A stretch of DNA of 64,000 nt from an uncultured delta proteobacterium. Lineage in GTDB: Bacteria; Desulfobacterota; Desulfobacteria; Desulfobacterales; B30-G6. This document shows, piece after piece, positions 57,601 to 63,549 of the stretch. Where the stretch lies: contig CAWGLD010000004.1 of assembly GCA_963823335.1 (NCBI GenBank), positions 4,382-68,381 of the forward strand, given 5' to 3'. The position numbers and the translations under genes were made by a program. Every line of letters begins with the position of its first letter. Position 1 is the stretch's first letter. The notes beneath the pieces were generated by a model. The model saw only the letters and a program-made list of their open reading frames with translations, had not been told where the DNA came from and did not search any database.

Positions 57601-58817
57601 TAGTTGTTTGATGGCGGTATGTTTTTATGTTTTAATGCAAGTAATACTTTAAGTGTTCCGGCTGCCCCGGCACCTGTTAGCAGATGCCCGATAGTAGCTT
57701 TGACCGAGCCGATGGGACAGACACCGGCATGGGTTGCAATGCCCTGCCACAGGGTTGCGAGACTGCTCAGTTCGGTATGATCCCCAAGGGGTGTGCCTGC
57801 CCCGTGGCATTCAATCAGGTCGACCTGATCCGGTGTCCACCCGGTGGTGTCATAGGCCATGCGCATGGCCCTTACCTGGCCTTCGCTCTTGGGCGCCAGG
57901 AGACTACCCCCCATATCGTTGGAAAGCCCGATGCTTTTGATGACCGCCAGTATATTGTCCTGGTCCCTTACAGCATCCTTCACCCGTTTCAGCACAAACA
58001 TGCCGGCACCTTCCCCGACAACCAAACCATCCGCAGATTTGTCAAAAGGTGCGCAACGACCCGACGGTGACAACGCGCGAAGCTGGGAGAACCCAACCTG
58101 CGTGTAAAGGCAGTCAGGCCGGGAGACCCCCCCCACCAACATGGCATCTGCCCTGTGTTGTGCCAGGGCATCGCAGGCAAGTTTGAATGCCACCAGCGAT
58201 GATGCACAGGCCGCATCCAGGGTATATGTACCGTTTCCGAGACCAAGGCCTTTGGCCAGCAACGCTGCTGGAAAACCGGTCATTTTGCCGGCCAGGCACT
58301 GGTTTCTGGTCAAAACCGACGCAATATCCCGGATCATGGGATCAAATAATCGTTTTTCGAGATAAGCCCCCAGAATTTTCTCCGCAACCAAAGAGGAAGC
58401 CTGCGTAGGAAGGGCGATGGCGGCCAGAATCACACCGGTTCGTTTCCGGTCGATGAATTCATGCCTGGCAGTGTAAAAAGCCTCTCTACCTGCGTGCAGC
58501 ACGATTCGGTGAAGTGGGTCAAGATCACGAACCAGGTCCTGGTCAAGATCCATATTGTCAAAACAGTAGTCGATATCCCGGTTCAGAAGGCAGGCTATCC
58601 TGGATATGGCTTTGTCGGGCCGCAGTTTATCTGCGGTCATCACAGCAGGGCCAACCCGCCAACGATCTTTTCCAACCACCTGGCAGGCATCTCTTTTATG
58701 AAGCAGATTATCCCAGAAGACATCCAGGGTGGTCGCGCCGGGTAAGAGTCCGGCCATACTGACAATGGCGATATTGTATGGCCGGGATGTTTGCATATAT
58801 TTGGTATCTTTCTGCAT
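51678..58817 (-). CDS. PUFA-synthase-type megasynthase, PfaC/Pfa3-like: KS - CLF(KS-like, Cys replaced) - AT - 2x FabA-like DH; no ACP, KR or ER recognised
   Basis: KS motifs DAACASS, ECHGAGT, KATIGHLLTGAG. Second KS-like domain has VSCEEASG at the active-site position. AT has GYSLGE. DH motifs are HFVDDMVMPGTLMYE and HFLGDPVCPGSLGLE. 2379 aa. Confidence 0.85.
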   Translation of the reverse strand: MQKDTKYMQTSRPYNIAIVSMAGLLPGATTLDVFWDNLLHKRDACQVVGKDRWRVGPAVMTADKLRPDKAISRIACLLNRDIDYCFDNMDLDQDLVRDLDPLHRIVLHAGREAFYTARHEFIDRKRTGVILAAIALPTQASSLVAEKILGAYLEKRLFDPMIRDIASVLTRNQCLAGKMTGFPAALLAKGLGLGNGTYTLDAACASSLVAFKLACDALAQHRADAMLVGGVSRPDCLYTQVGFSQLRALSPSGRCAPFDKSADGLVVGEGAGMFVLKRVKDAVRDQDNILAVIKSIGLSNDMGGSLLAPKSEGQVRAMRMAYDTTGWTPDQVDLIECHGAGTPLGDHTELSSLATLWQGIATHAGVCPIGSVKATIGHLLTGAGAAGTLKVLLALKHKNIPPSNNYSEPTDNSPLIDSPFRVQTEVTDWGLRDADTPRRAAVSAFGFGGINAHMLLEEWTRPNRRAGGTINLQHHAVPGNGDEDGYSKTSTSEKPLVAIIGMSAAMGKLSTLRAFQEAVFKGQSIIEHHSRLRGTQIGPDTYFRQVVPEHGAFMEDVALDMGLFHVPPNEIPDILPQHLLMMKLCRNALIDAGVALREKRTRMGVMVGADFDFEATNFHLRWIVNESIRRWEKKYGLNLQDPHAAQWVRSLKASISRPLTSNRTLGALTSVIASRIAKEFLLGGPSFVVSCEEASGIKALEIGVRALQDNDTDMMLVGAVDFTGDIRYLATHHQTRPCSETAPVLPFDSSAKGTLPGEGGLALVLKRLEDAIAEKDRIYAIVNGFGAASGMATEGGGVTQEAYQVSLERAIQDARVGSSDISLYEAHGSGIPTEDVVESKVLNTVLTEKGLHCAVSSTKAIVGHMGAASGLSSLVKTSLCLYHALLPPMPDYRRPGDIAWEERFHVPIKPQYWYRDRETNPRRACVGAMTSDGNCMHVLLEGYEDPGMVSPPGFVQEKLRPLGYQSSGLFVVEGDHDQEILDGLETLWKQIRKWDSMDVPLEWLARVWYENKRPRPPGKKRALSLVVKDIHDAENMILRAKQLVSSGKTDASPGHANIFYTPEPLGESAGIAFVFPGSGNHYLGMGRDMGVQWPLLIGQVDAETGQLKRQMIPECFVPYRMSWENQWEIQALHRIHADPLLAIFGQVMHGVVTARLMQQFMAPPRAVIGYSLGETAGLVAMGVWKGQDRLLKRMLESPLFKTDLTGPCLSLRKAWNIEPEKRFEWQVVAVDRAADEVMSVVKQFPMTRLLIINSPRESVLGGEKESIWKVVKMLGCNAVPLDGVVTVHCDALRPVEEAYRQLHLYPTDISATMRFYSCAWGHTYDLTSENAAASILDQARNGFDFTRTIEQAYDDGIRVFVEMGPRASCTRMIGQTLEGRPHLALAVSSSQDNEYLSILKLLGALSAAKVGVHLDKLYGGLSYPPEMNQVYDDTLSGPATGSKKESSRQIHLRVGAPLPFPGPPPLLPGHIDSRISAGEKSKIHEPNERPLGRDSISGPLHESVSSQIVRDLMRSVQENAQTTTETHKQFLEFSSQMTKGYQEAMALQAQLLSGHMKQIRKTGVIAKGPGTHQTSSGVTPLYSRKDCLTFATGSVAEVFGPEFQVVDTYQARVRLPDEPLMLVDRVVSLVGEKCSLGTGRIVTEHDVLPEAWYLDGNRAPACISVEAGQADLFLSSYLGIDHVVKGRRTYRLLDACVTFFRGLPQPGETIRYDIEIEKFIRQGDTHLFFFKFKGFIEDNLFIQMKNGCAGFFTEEEVRNSGGIVAKKMDGTRRQEDFGAEWRHPAPVTIETFSEAALDALRSGRLGDAFGTAFQGKSIASSLWLPGGRMHLIDRVLTFDPYGGTFGKGLIRAEADIHPDDWYLTCHFVDDMVMPGTLMYECCAHTLRIFLQRIGWISENESACYEPVVGVESVLKCRGPVTPNTRHVVYEIDIKEMGYDPEPYAIADAHMTADGSYIVYFDSISMKLTQGTREEIERIWKIGPQQITTEKRYPSEKKENGTRTFSRKLLEEFSFGRPSIAFGKPYQVFDKQRFIARLPRPPYLFMDRVVDVAPEPWVLKPGDWIESEVDIDPGDWFFRANRTPVMPFCVLNEIALQPCGWLAAYLGSALQSEKDLRFRNLGGIAELCRDVPAKKGPLTTRARLTQVSEAGDMIIEHFDFQILQSGQKIYQGQTHFGFFTQEALAAQVGLHQIDMSRYTLPEDSVTNRQTAMVDHTPTAPDDLSGHVHENAVLPGRAIRMIDNIEAYFPEGGPHGYGIIRASKKVLPKEWFFKAHFLGDPVCPGSLGLESLIQVLKFMALDRWPHLGDDHCFTLKSDIRHRWTYRGQITPENRHIELLALVTNVVEEPFPVLTADGLLTVDGLPIYHMEQFSIGLVPLDR

Positions 58818-59047
58818 TATTGGGCTCTACATACCCGAGTCATACCCATATTTCAACTACGAATAAATTCGCTTCACGAATTTATAATACTGGTTTTAAA
58901 TACGTACTATATGCGAATTTTTGCAGGATTGCATTTTGATTTGGTTATGGGAAACTGACCATACTACGCCTGCCGGCAGAACAGATGGGCCTGACATGCT
59001 GATGCCTTGTCAGGCAAAATACGAATCTCTAATAGGAGGAAAACGCC

Positions 59048-59329
59048 ATGATGAGAACACAGAAATGGATCACGATTTTTATGCTGATAACCCTGGTCAT
59101 GCTTACGGGCAGTTATGCACTGGCCGAGGAACAGGGAAAAATCAACATCAATACAGCCACGGTGGAAGAACTGGTACAACTGGAGCGTGTCGGTCCCAGA
59201 TACGCAGAAAAAATAGTTGCCTTTCGTCAGGAGAACGGTCCCTTTAAGGCGCCTGAGGAGATCATGCTGGTAGCGGGCATCGGTGAGAAGACCTTCGAAA
59301 TCAATAAAGACCGGATCGTCATTAAATAA
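59048..59329 (+). CDS. ComEA-like helix-hairpin-helix DNA-binding protein with signal peptide
   Basis: ININTATVEELVQLERVGPRYAEKIVAFRQENGPF...LVAGIGEKTFE. AGGAGGA RBS. Confidence 0.85.
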   Translation: MMRTQKWITIFMLITLVMLTGSYALAEEQGKININTATVEELVQLERVGPRYAEKIVAFRQENGPFKAPEEIMLVAGIGEKTFEINKDRIVIK

Positions 59330-59477
59330 TAATGCCTGGACTGTAGACAACTGATAGTGTGCGACCCCGCGGGCTCCCGTCCTATCATCTCAAAGGAGTC
59401 ATTTCATTCGATCAAGGCAATGCGTTAGCCTTTCCCGCTATTTCATCCCGCGGGGTCAGCCGTTCAGGTCAGGAACA

Positions 59478-59600
59478 CCGAATCGAGCGATTGTCGAGGT
59501 TGCCGTTCGGCAAGGCAGCTGCGGGTTCCGCGAATGTAAACTAGCGGGATCGTACGGACGCTGCAGACTGCGGTACGTCAGCAGTCCCAGCGGGTTGCAG
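59478..59600 (+). repeat. Diverged repeat X (partner Y at 40226-40350) within the long leader of the 4HB-ERCC4 operon
   Basis: Contains the perfect 22-mer GAGCGATTGTCGAGGTTGCCGT (59485-59506), followed by hairpins with substitutions relative to Y. Confidence 0.7.
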
Positions 59601-59695
59601 ATTTTGAATTAAATGAATCAAATCCTTTGAAAGATGGGTTGCCGAACCCCAAGGAAGATCTGAACCGCCATTTAGGTAAAAGAAAGGAGAGAGCC

Positions 59696-60106
59696 ATGGA
59701 CTACGCCTACCAACGACTGGACATCTGGAAAAAGGCGGTCGATCTTTCCATCAAGGTCATTCAATGTATCGCCGAAGTGGCCAATGAGGTTGAAACACAG
59801 CGCCTTACCGAGGAAATCGAAATGAGTGCCGTCAATATTGCCACAAACATCGCCAAGGGAAAAGCCTGTTTGTCGGAGGAGGATTTCATTTATTATCTGT
59901 TTTTGTCAAAAAGATCACTGTATGAAACCATGACACTGCTGGAAATTCTCAAAGCCAAACAGTTGATTACCGACGAGTGCTACATGGAAATCGAAACAAA
60001 AGGAAAAAACATCACTGGAATGCTGATTGAATTTATCCGCTCAGTCAAAGAAACCGGCAGCCCCTATCAGGCAGAAAACTACCAGGCTGCTTACAGAAAC
60101 CGATAG
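59696..60106 (+). CDS. Four-helix-bundle protein (divergent 23S-IVS-protein/Avd-like), copy a
   Basis: RLDIWKKAVDLSIKV...SAVNIATNIAKGK...FLSKRSLYETMTLLEIL. AAGGAGAG RBS before ATG 59696 (the track start at 59627 is less likely). Confidence 0.8.
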   Translation: MDYAYQRLDIWKKAVDLSIKVIQCIAEVANEVETQRLTEEIEMSAVNIATNIAKGKACLSEEDFIYYLFLSKRSLYETMTLLEILKAKQLITDECYMEIETKGKNITGMLIEFIRSVKETGSPYQAENYQAAYRNR

Positions 60107-60121
60107 AACAAAAGGAGATAA

Positions 60122-60514
60122 ATGATGACCTATATCTATGAAAAGCTCGACGTCTGGCAAAAAGCCATGCAGTTTGCCGGGGATGTCATTGATTCCATGT
60201 CGATGATGAACAGCAAAGACTACCATCAAGAGATTTTAGAGAAAACAGAAGGGAGTGCAGCCGGTATCGCCGGCGCCATTGCCATGGGAAAATCCTACAG
60301 TTCAAAACACGATTTCGCCAGACATCTGTATCATTCCAGGGGCGCCTTGTACGAAACCATGACTCTGTTGGAGTTGTTGAAACGTAAACGCCTCGTTGCC
60401 GAAGATAAATTTGCTGATTTCGACACCAGGGCAAACCAACTGACCGCCATGCTGACCGCCCTGATTAAATCGATTTACACACCCAAATCGGACAATGGCA
60501 AACAATCATCATAA
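60122..60514 (+). CDS. Four-helix-bundle protein, copy b (paralogue of copy a)
   Basis: KLDVWQKAMQFAGDV...GAIAMGKSYSSKHDFARHLYHSRGALYETMTLLELL. AAGGAGA RBS. Confidence 0.8.
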   Translation: MMTYIYEKLDVWQKAMQFAGDVIDSMSMMNSKDYHQEILEKTEGSAAGIAGAIAMGKSYSSKHDFARHLYHSRGALYETMTLLELLKRKRLVAEDKFADFDTRANQLTAMLTALIKSIYTPKSDNGKQSS

Positions 60515-61157
60515 GCGTCAACCTCCTGAGATGAGGCTGATAATTTCAGTCGATTACAGAGAAAGGCCTTCCGGACTTCCCGATCTTCTGGTTGATGCAG
60601 GATTTGAGGTGGCTATAGTCAAGCTCCCTTATTGTGACTACATAATTAACCATGGAATATCCATCGAAAGAAAAACCGGCAGGGATTTCGCTATCTCAAT
60701 CATCGACGGCAGACTATTTAAACAGGCCAGTTGGATGCGAAAGCGAACCAATCGGCCTGTTTTTCTCCTGGAAGGAAGTCCGTTTCATGTCGATGTGGAC
60801 ATACATAAGAAGGCGATTAAGGGCGCAATGCTTTCTATACAAGTCGCATGGAGCATCCCCATCATTTATTCTCGATCTATGGAGGAAACATGCAATATTT
60901 TCAGAACACTGGCAACCCAGCAGGAAAACCAGACCGAACGCCTGGAACTCAGGCACGGTTTTCGATCCAAACGGATGATCTCAAAACGGTTGTATCTTCT
61001 ACAAGGGCTTCCAAATATTGGTCCGGTTATGGCTCTGAGATTGATCAGACATTTTAAAACAGTCCACCGTGTTATGAACGCCAGTATCGATGAATTAACG
61101 GAAGTGGATGGCATTGGGGAAGATACTGCTGATAAGATCCAGGAAATTCTCCGGTAA
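60495..61157 (+). CDS. ERCC4-domain (XPF/Mus81/Hef-type) nuclease with C-terminal (HhH)2
   Basis: VDYRE...CDYII...ISIERKTGRDFAISIIDGRLFKQ...PVFLLEG. The HhH segment is LQGLPNIGPVMALRL...EVDGIGEDTADKI. Overlaps 4HB-b by 20 nt (alternative ATG at 60531). Confidence 0.9.
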   Translation: MANNHHKRQPPEMRLIISVDYRERPSGLPDLLVDAGFEVAIVKLPYCDYIINHGISIERKTGRDFAISIIDGRLFKQASWMRKRTNRPVFLLEGSPFHVDVDIHKKAIKGAMLSIQVAWSIPIIYSRSMEETCNIFRTLATQQENQTERLELRHGFRSKRMISKRLYLLQGLPNIGPVMALRLIRHFKTVHRVMNASIDELTEVDGIGEDTADKIQEILR

Positions 61158-61213
61158 ATTCGTTTAAGCAACATGGTATAGAATATAGATAAGCCACGCA
61201 AGTGGCGTCAAAT

Positions 61214-61248
61214 AAAATCGGATAGTTTAACTATCCGATTTTATTTTT
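61214..61248 (+). terminator. Rho-independent terminator of the 4HB-4HB-ERCC4 operon
   Basis: AAAATCGGATAG-TTTAA-CTATCCGATTTT followed by ATTTTT. A perfect 12-bp stem. Confidence 0.8.
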
Positions 61249-61477
61249 GGATTGACAATCCCCGTCAAAGATGTTCATATCCTGAACGCATATTTTTACT
61301 CTATCCAGACAATCCAATCAGCAGCATCAAAAAGGTTATTTTTGTTGCCCGTGTAACCCACCCGGCGGAGCTATGAGAAAGCCCAGTATCACGCGTCCTA
61401 TTTTCCGAACATTATTATGACAAGCGGTATAAAGCGGCCAAGCCGCGCAGAATAAATTTGCGGAGCATAATTTATCG

Positions 61478-62059
61478 ATGAATCACCAAGATATCCGAAC
61501 CCTGAAAATTCTTGAAGAAATCGAGAAGGGCTCCCGATTGAGCCAGCGCTCCCTGGCAAAGCATCTCAATGTTTCTCTGGGCTTGGTAAACTCACAATTA
61601 AAACGCCTGGCTGACAGAAGCTTTTACACGGTTGGCAGCATACCGAAAAACCGGATCACGTATATTCTAACGCCGAAAGGTATTGAAGAAAAAAACCGGC
61701 TCACCTATGAGTATATTCAGTTCTCTTTGCAATATTATATAGATATACGTCATAAAATAAAGCGTACCCTCAACAAATTGGTAGATGACGGCACGCACAG
61801 TATCATATTTTACGGCACCAGCGACCTGGCAGAAATTACCTATGTCTCACTCCAGCAAACACCGCTGAAATTCAAAGCACTGGTGGATCATGATCATAAA
61901 GGCAACCTGTTTTTTGGTCATCGCATCCAATCATTTGATGCGCTCGACATTATAAACTTCGATAAAATCCTGATCACCGCCTTTTCCACCACGGAAAATC
62001 CCGTGGATGTATTGATGAAAAAGAATGTTCACAAGGATAAGATCATTTTGATCACATAA
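61478..62059 (+). CDS. Winged-helix (MarR/Rrf2-like) regulator with C-terminal alpha/beta domain
   Basis: N-terminal LKILEEIEKGSRLSQRSLAKHLNVSLGLVNSQLKRL. The C-terminal half is unassigned. Confidence 0.55.
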   Translation: MNHQDIRTLKILEEIEKGSRLSQRSLAKHLNVSLGLVNSQLKRLADRSFYTVGSIPKNRITYILTPKGIEEKNRLTYEYIQFSLQYYIDIRHKIKRTLNKLVDDGTHSIIFYGTSDLAEITYVSLQQTPLKFKALVDHDHKGNLFFGHRIQSFDALDIINFDKILITAFSTTENPVDVLMKKNVHKDKIILIT

Positions 62060-62068
62060 TGAGGGCCT

Positions 62069-63316
62069 ATGAATTCAGATAGAGAGAAACTCAATCAGCT
62101 GATACAAAAAGGCGTTGCTATTCCCAACCCTGATAGCGTCGAAATCGGTGAGGATGTCAAGGTCGAAAACATATCCGGTGACGGCGTCACGATTCATTCA
62201 GGGTGTCGCCTGTTTGGAAAATCGACCCTTATCATGGGTCAGACCCAGATCGGATATGAAGCCCCTGTTACCATCCAGGACTGCCAGCTCGGTCCTCGCG
62301 TCACCCTCAAAGGGGGGTTTTTCAAAGAATCTGTTTTCCTGGAAAAGACCAGTGCCGGAAGTGGCTCGCATGTCAGGGAAGGGTGTGTTTTTGAAGAAGA
62401 GGCCAGTATTGCCCATACCGTAGGTCTCAAACAAACCATTCTGTTTCCTTTCGTTACCCTTGGCAGCCTGATAAATTTCTGTGACTGCCTCATGGCAGGG
62501 GGCACCAGTAGAATAGATCACAGTGAGGTTGGCAGTGCCTACATTCATTTCAATTTTACCCCCAACCAGGACAAGGCAACAGCCTCTCTTGTGGGTGATG
62601 TGCCGAGAGGGGTCATGCTTGATCAACCGCCGATTTTTCTGGGAGGGCAGGGGGGTCTGGTAGGACCCAGCCGCCTGTCCTTCGGGACAGTCATTGTAGC
62701 CGGCACCATATTTCGCAAAGATGTAACCAGGCCCGGGAGAATGATCTTCGAAGGTGCCGGAAAAGGAGGCGATGTCCCTTTTGTTCCCGGACTCTACCGA
62801 GGCATCAAGCGCATCGTGGTGAACAACATCCTTTATATCGGAAACCTCATCTCTCTCCTGCATTGGTATCAACACGTGCGATCTCTTTTTATTTCAGATA
62901 ATTTCCCGCATACACTCCAGGCAGCCGCCATGGAAAAATTGAAGTTTATCATCCAGGAACGCATCCAGCGATTACGTCAGCTGATAGAAAAAATGCCCTT
63001 ATCCATTCAAAAATACAAGGATATGTATCGCATGGATGCCGGTGCAAAAATCGTGATTCAGCAAAAAGAACTGCTTGCAAAACGGAGCGCCATCATCGAC
63101 TGCCTGCTTTCCATGGAGGCGTATCCGGGAGACACCGCCCTGCGCGATCAATTTTTGGGCCGCGCGGTAAACACTTCGCAGGACAATGGCAAAAATTACA
63201 TCAAGACGGTCCAGGCCCTTGATCCCAAAGTAAAACAGACGGGAAGCGACTGGCTCCAGGGAATTGTGGATAAGACCCTTTCCGAGGTGTTGGAGATTCT
63301 GCCGTGTTTTCGTTAG
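62069..63316 (+). CDS. Left-handed beta-helix (hexapeptide-repeat) protein, GlmU-C-terminal-like, with helical C-terminal extension
   Basis: Repeating [LIV]-G-x4 pattern between about aa 20 and 240. Located just upstream of glmM. Confidence 0.55.
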   Translation: MNSDREKLNQLIQKGVAIPNPDSVEIGEDVKVENISGDGVTIHSGCRLFGKSTLIMGQTQIGYEAPVTIQDCQLGPRVTLKGGFFKESVFLEKTSAGSGSHVREGCVFEEEASIAHTVGLKQTILFPFVTLGSLINFCDCLMAGGTSRIDHSEVGSAYIHFNFTPNQDKATASLVGDVPRGVMLDQPPIFLGGQGGLVGPSRLSFGTVIVAGTIFRKDVTRPGRMIFEGAGKGGDVPFVPGLYRGIKRIVVNNILYIGNLISLLHWYQHVRSLFISDNFPHTLQAAAMEKLKFIIQERIQRLRQLIEKMPLSIQKYKDMYRMDAGAKIVIQQKELLAKRSAIIDCLLSMEAYPGDTALRDQFLGRAVNTSQDNGKNYIKTVQALDPKVKQTGSDWLQGIVDKTLSEVLEILPCFR

Positions 63317-63381
63317 ACGATGTTTTGAAACCACATGCAGAATTTCTTACAGCGCTAAATTGTTTTAATGCTGGGAACCAA

Positions 63382-63513
63382 ATGAACATCGAACATCGAA
63401 CGTCCAACATTGAATTTTGAATTTAAAAAGATGAAGAAACAGAAATATTTCGATATTGGTTTTTTTGTTTCCATTCGACATTGGACGTTCGATGTTCGAT
63501 GTTGGACGTTCAT
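63382..63513. repeat. Complete palindrome of family D (arms of TCGATGT/TGGACGT words, about 59-nt loop)
   Basis: The left arm ATGAACATCGAACATCGAACGTCCAACATTGAA and the right arm TTCGACATTGGACGTTCGATGTTCGATGTTGGACGTTCAT share a 23-nt perfect complementary core. Confidence 0.85.
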
Positions 63514-63549
63514 CTTTATAAAATCATCGTTGTCCGGAGGATTTTATTT

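Noticed and set aside
51666-58762. About 30 plus-strand ORFs of 60-207 aa across 51.7-58.8 kb (e.g. 53469-54092, 56961-57527)
   Set aside because: All are antisense to the continuous 2379-aa megasynthase ORF, which has clear KS, AT and DH motifs. This is typical shadow-ORF composition.
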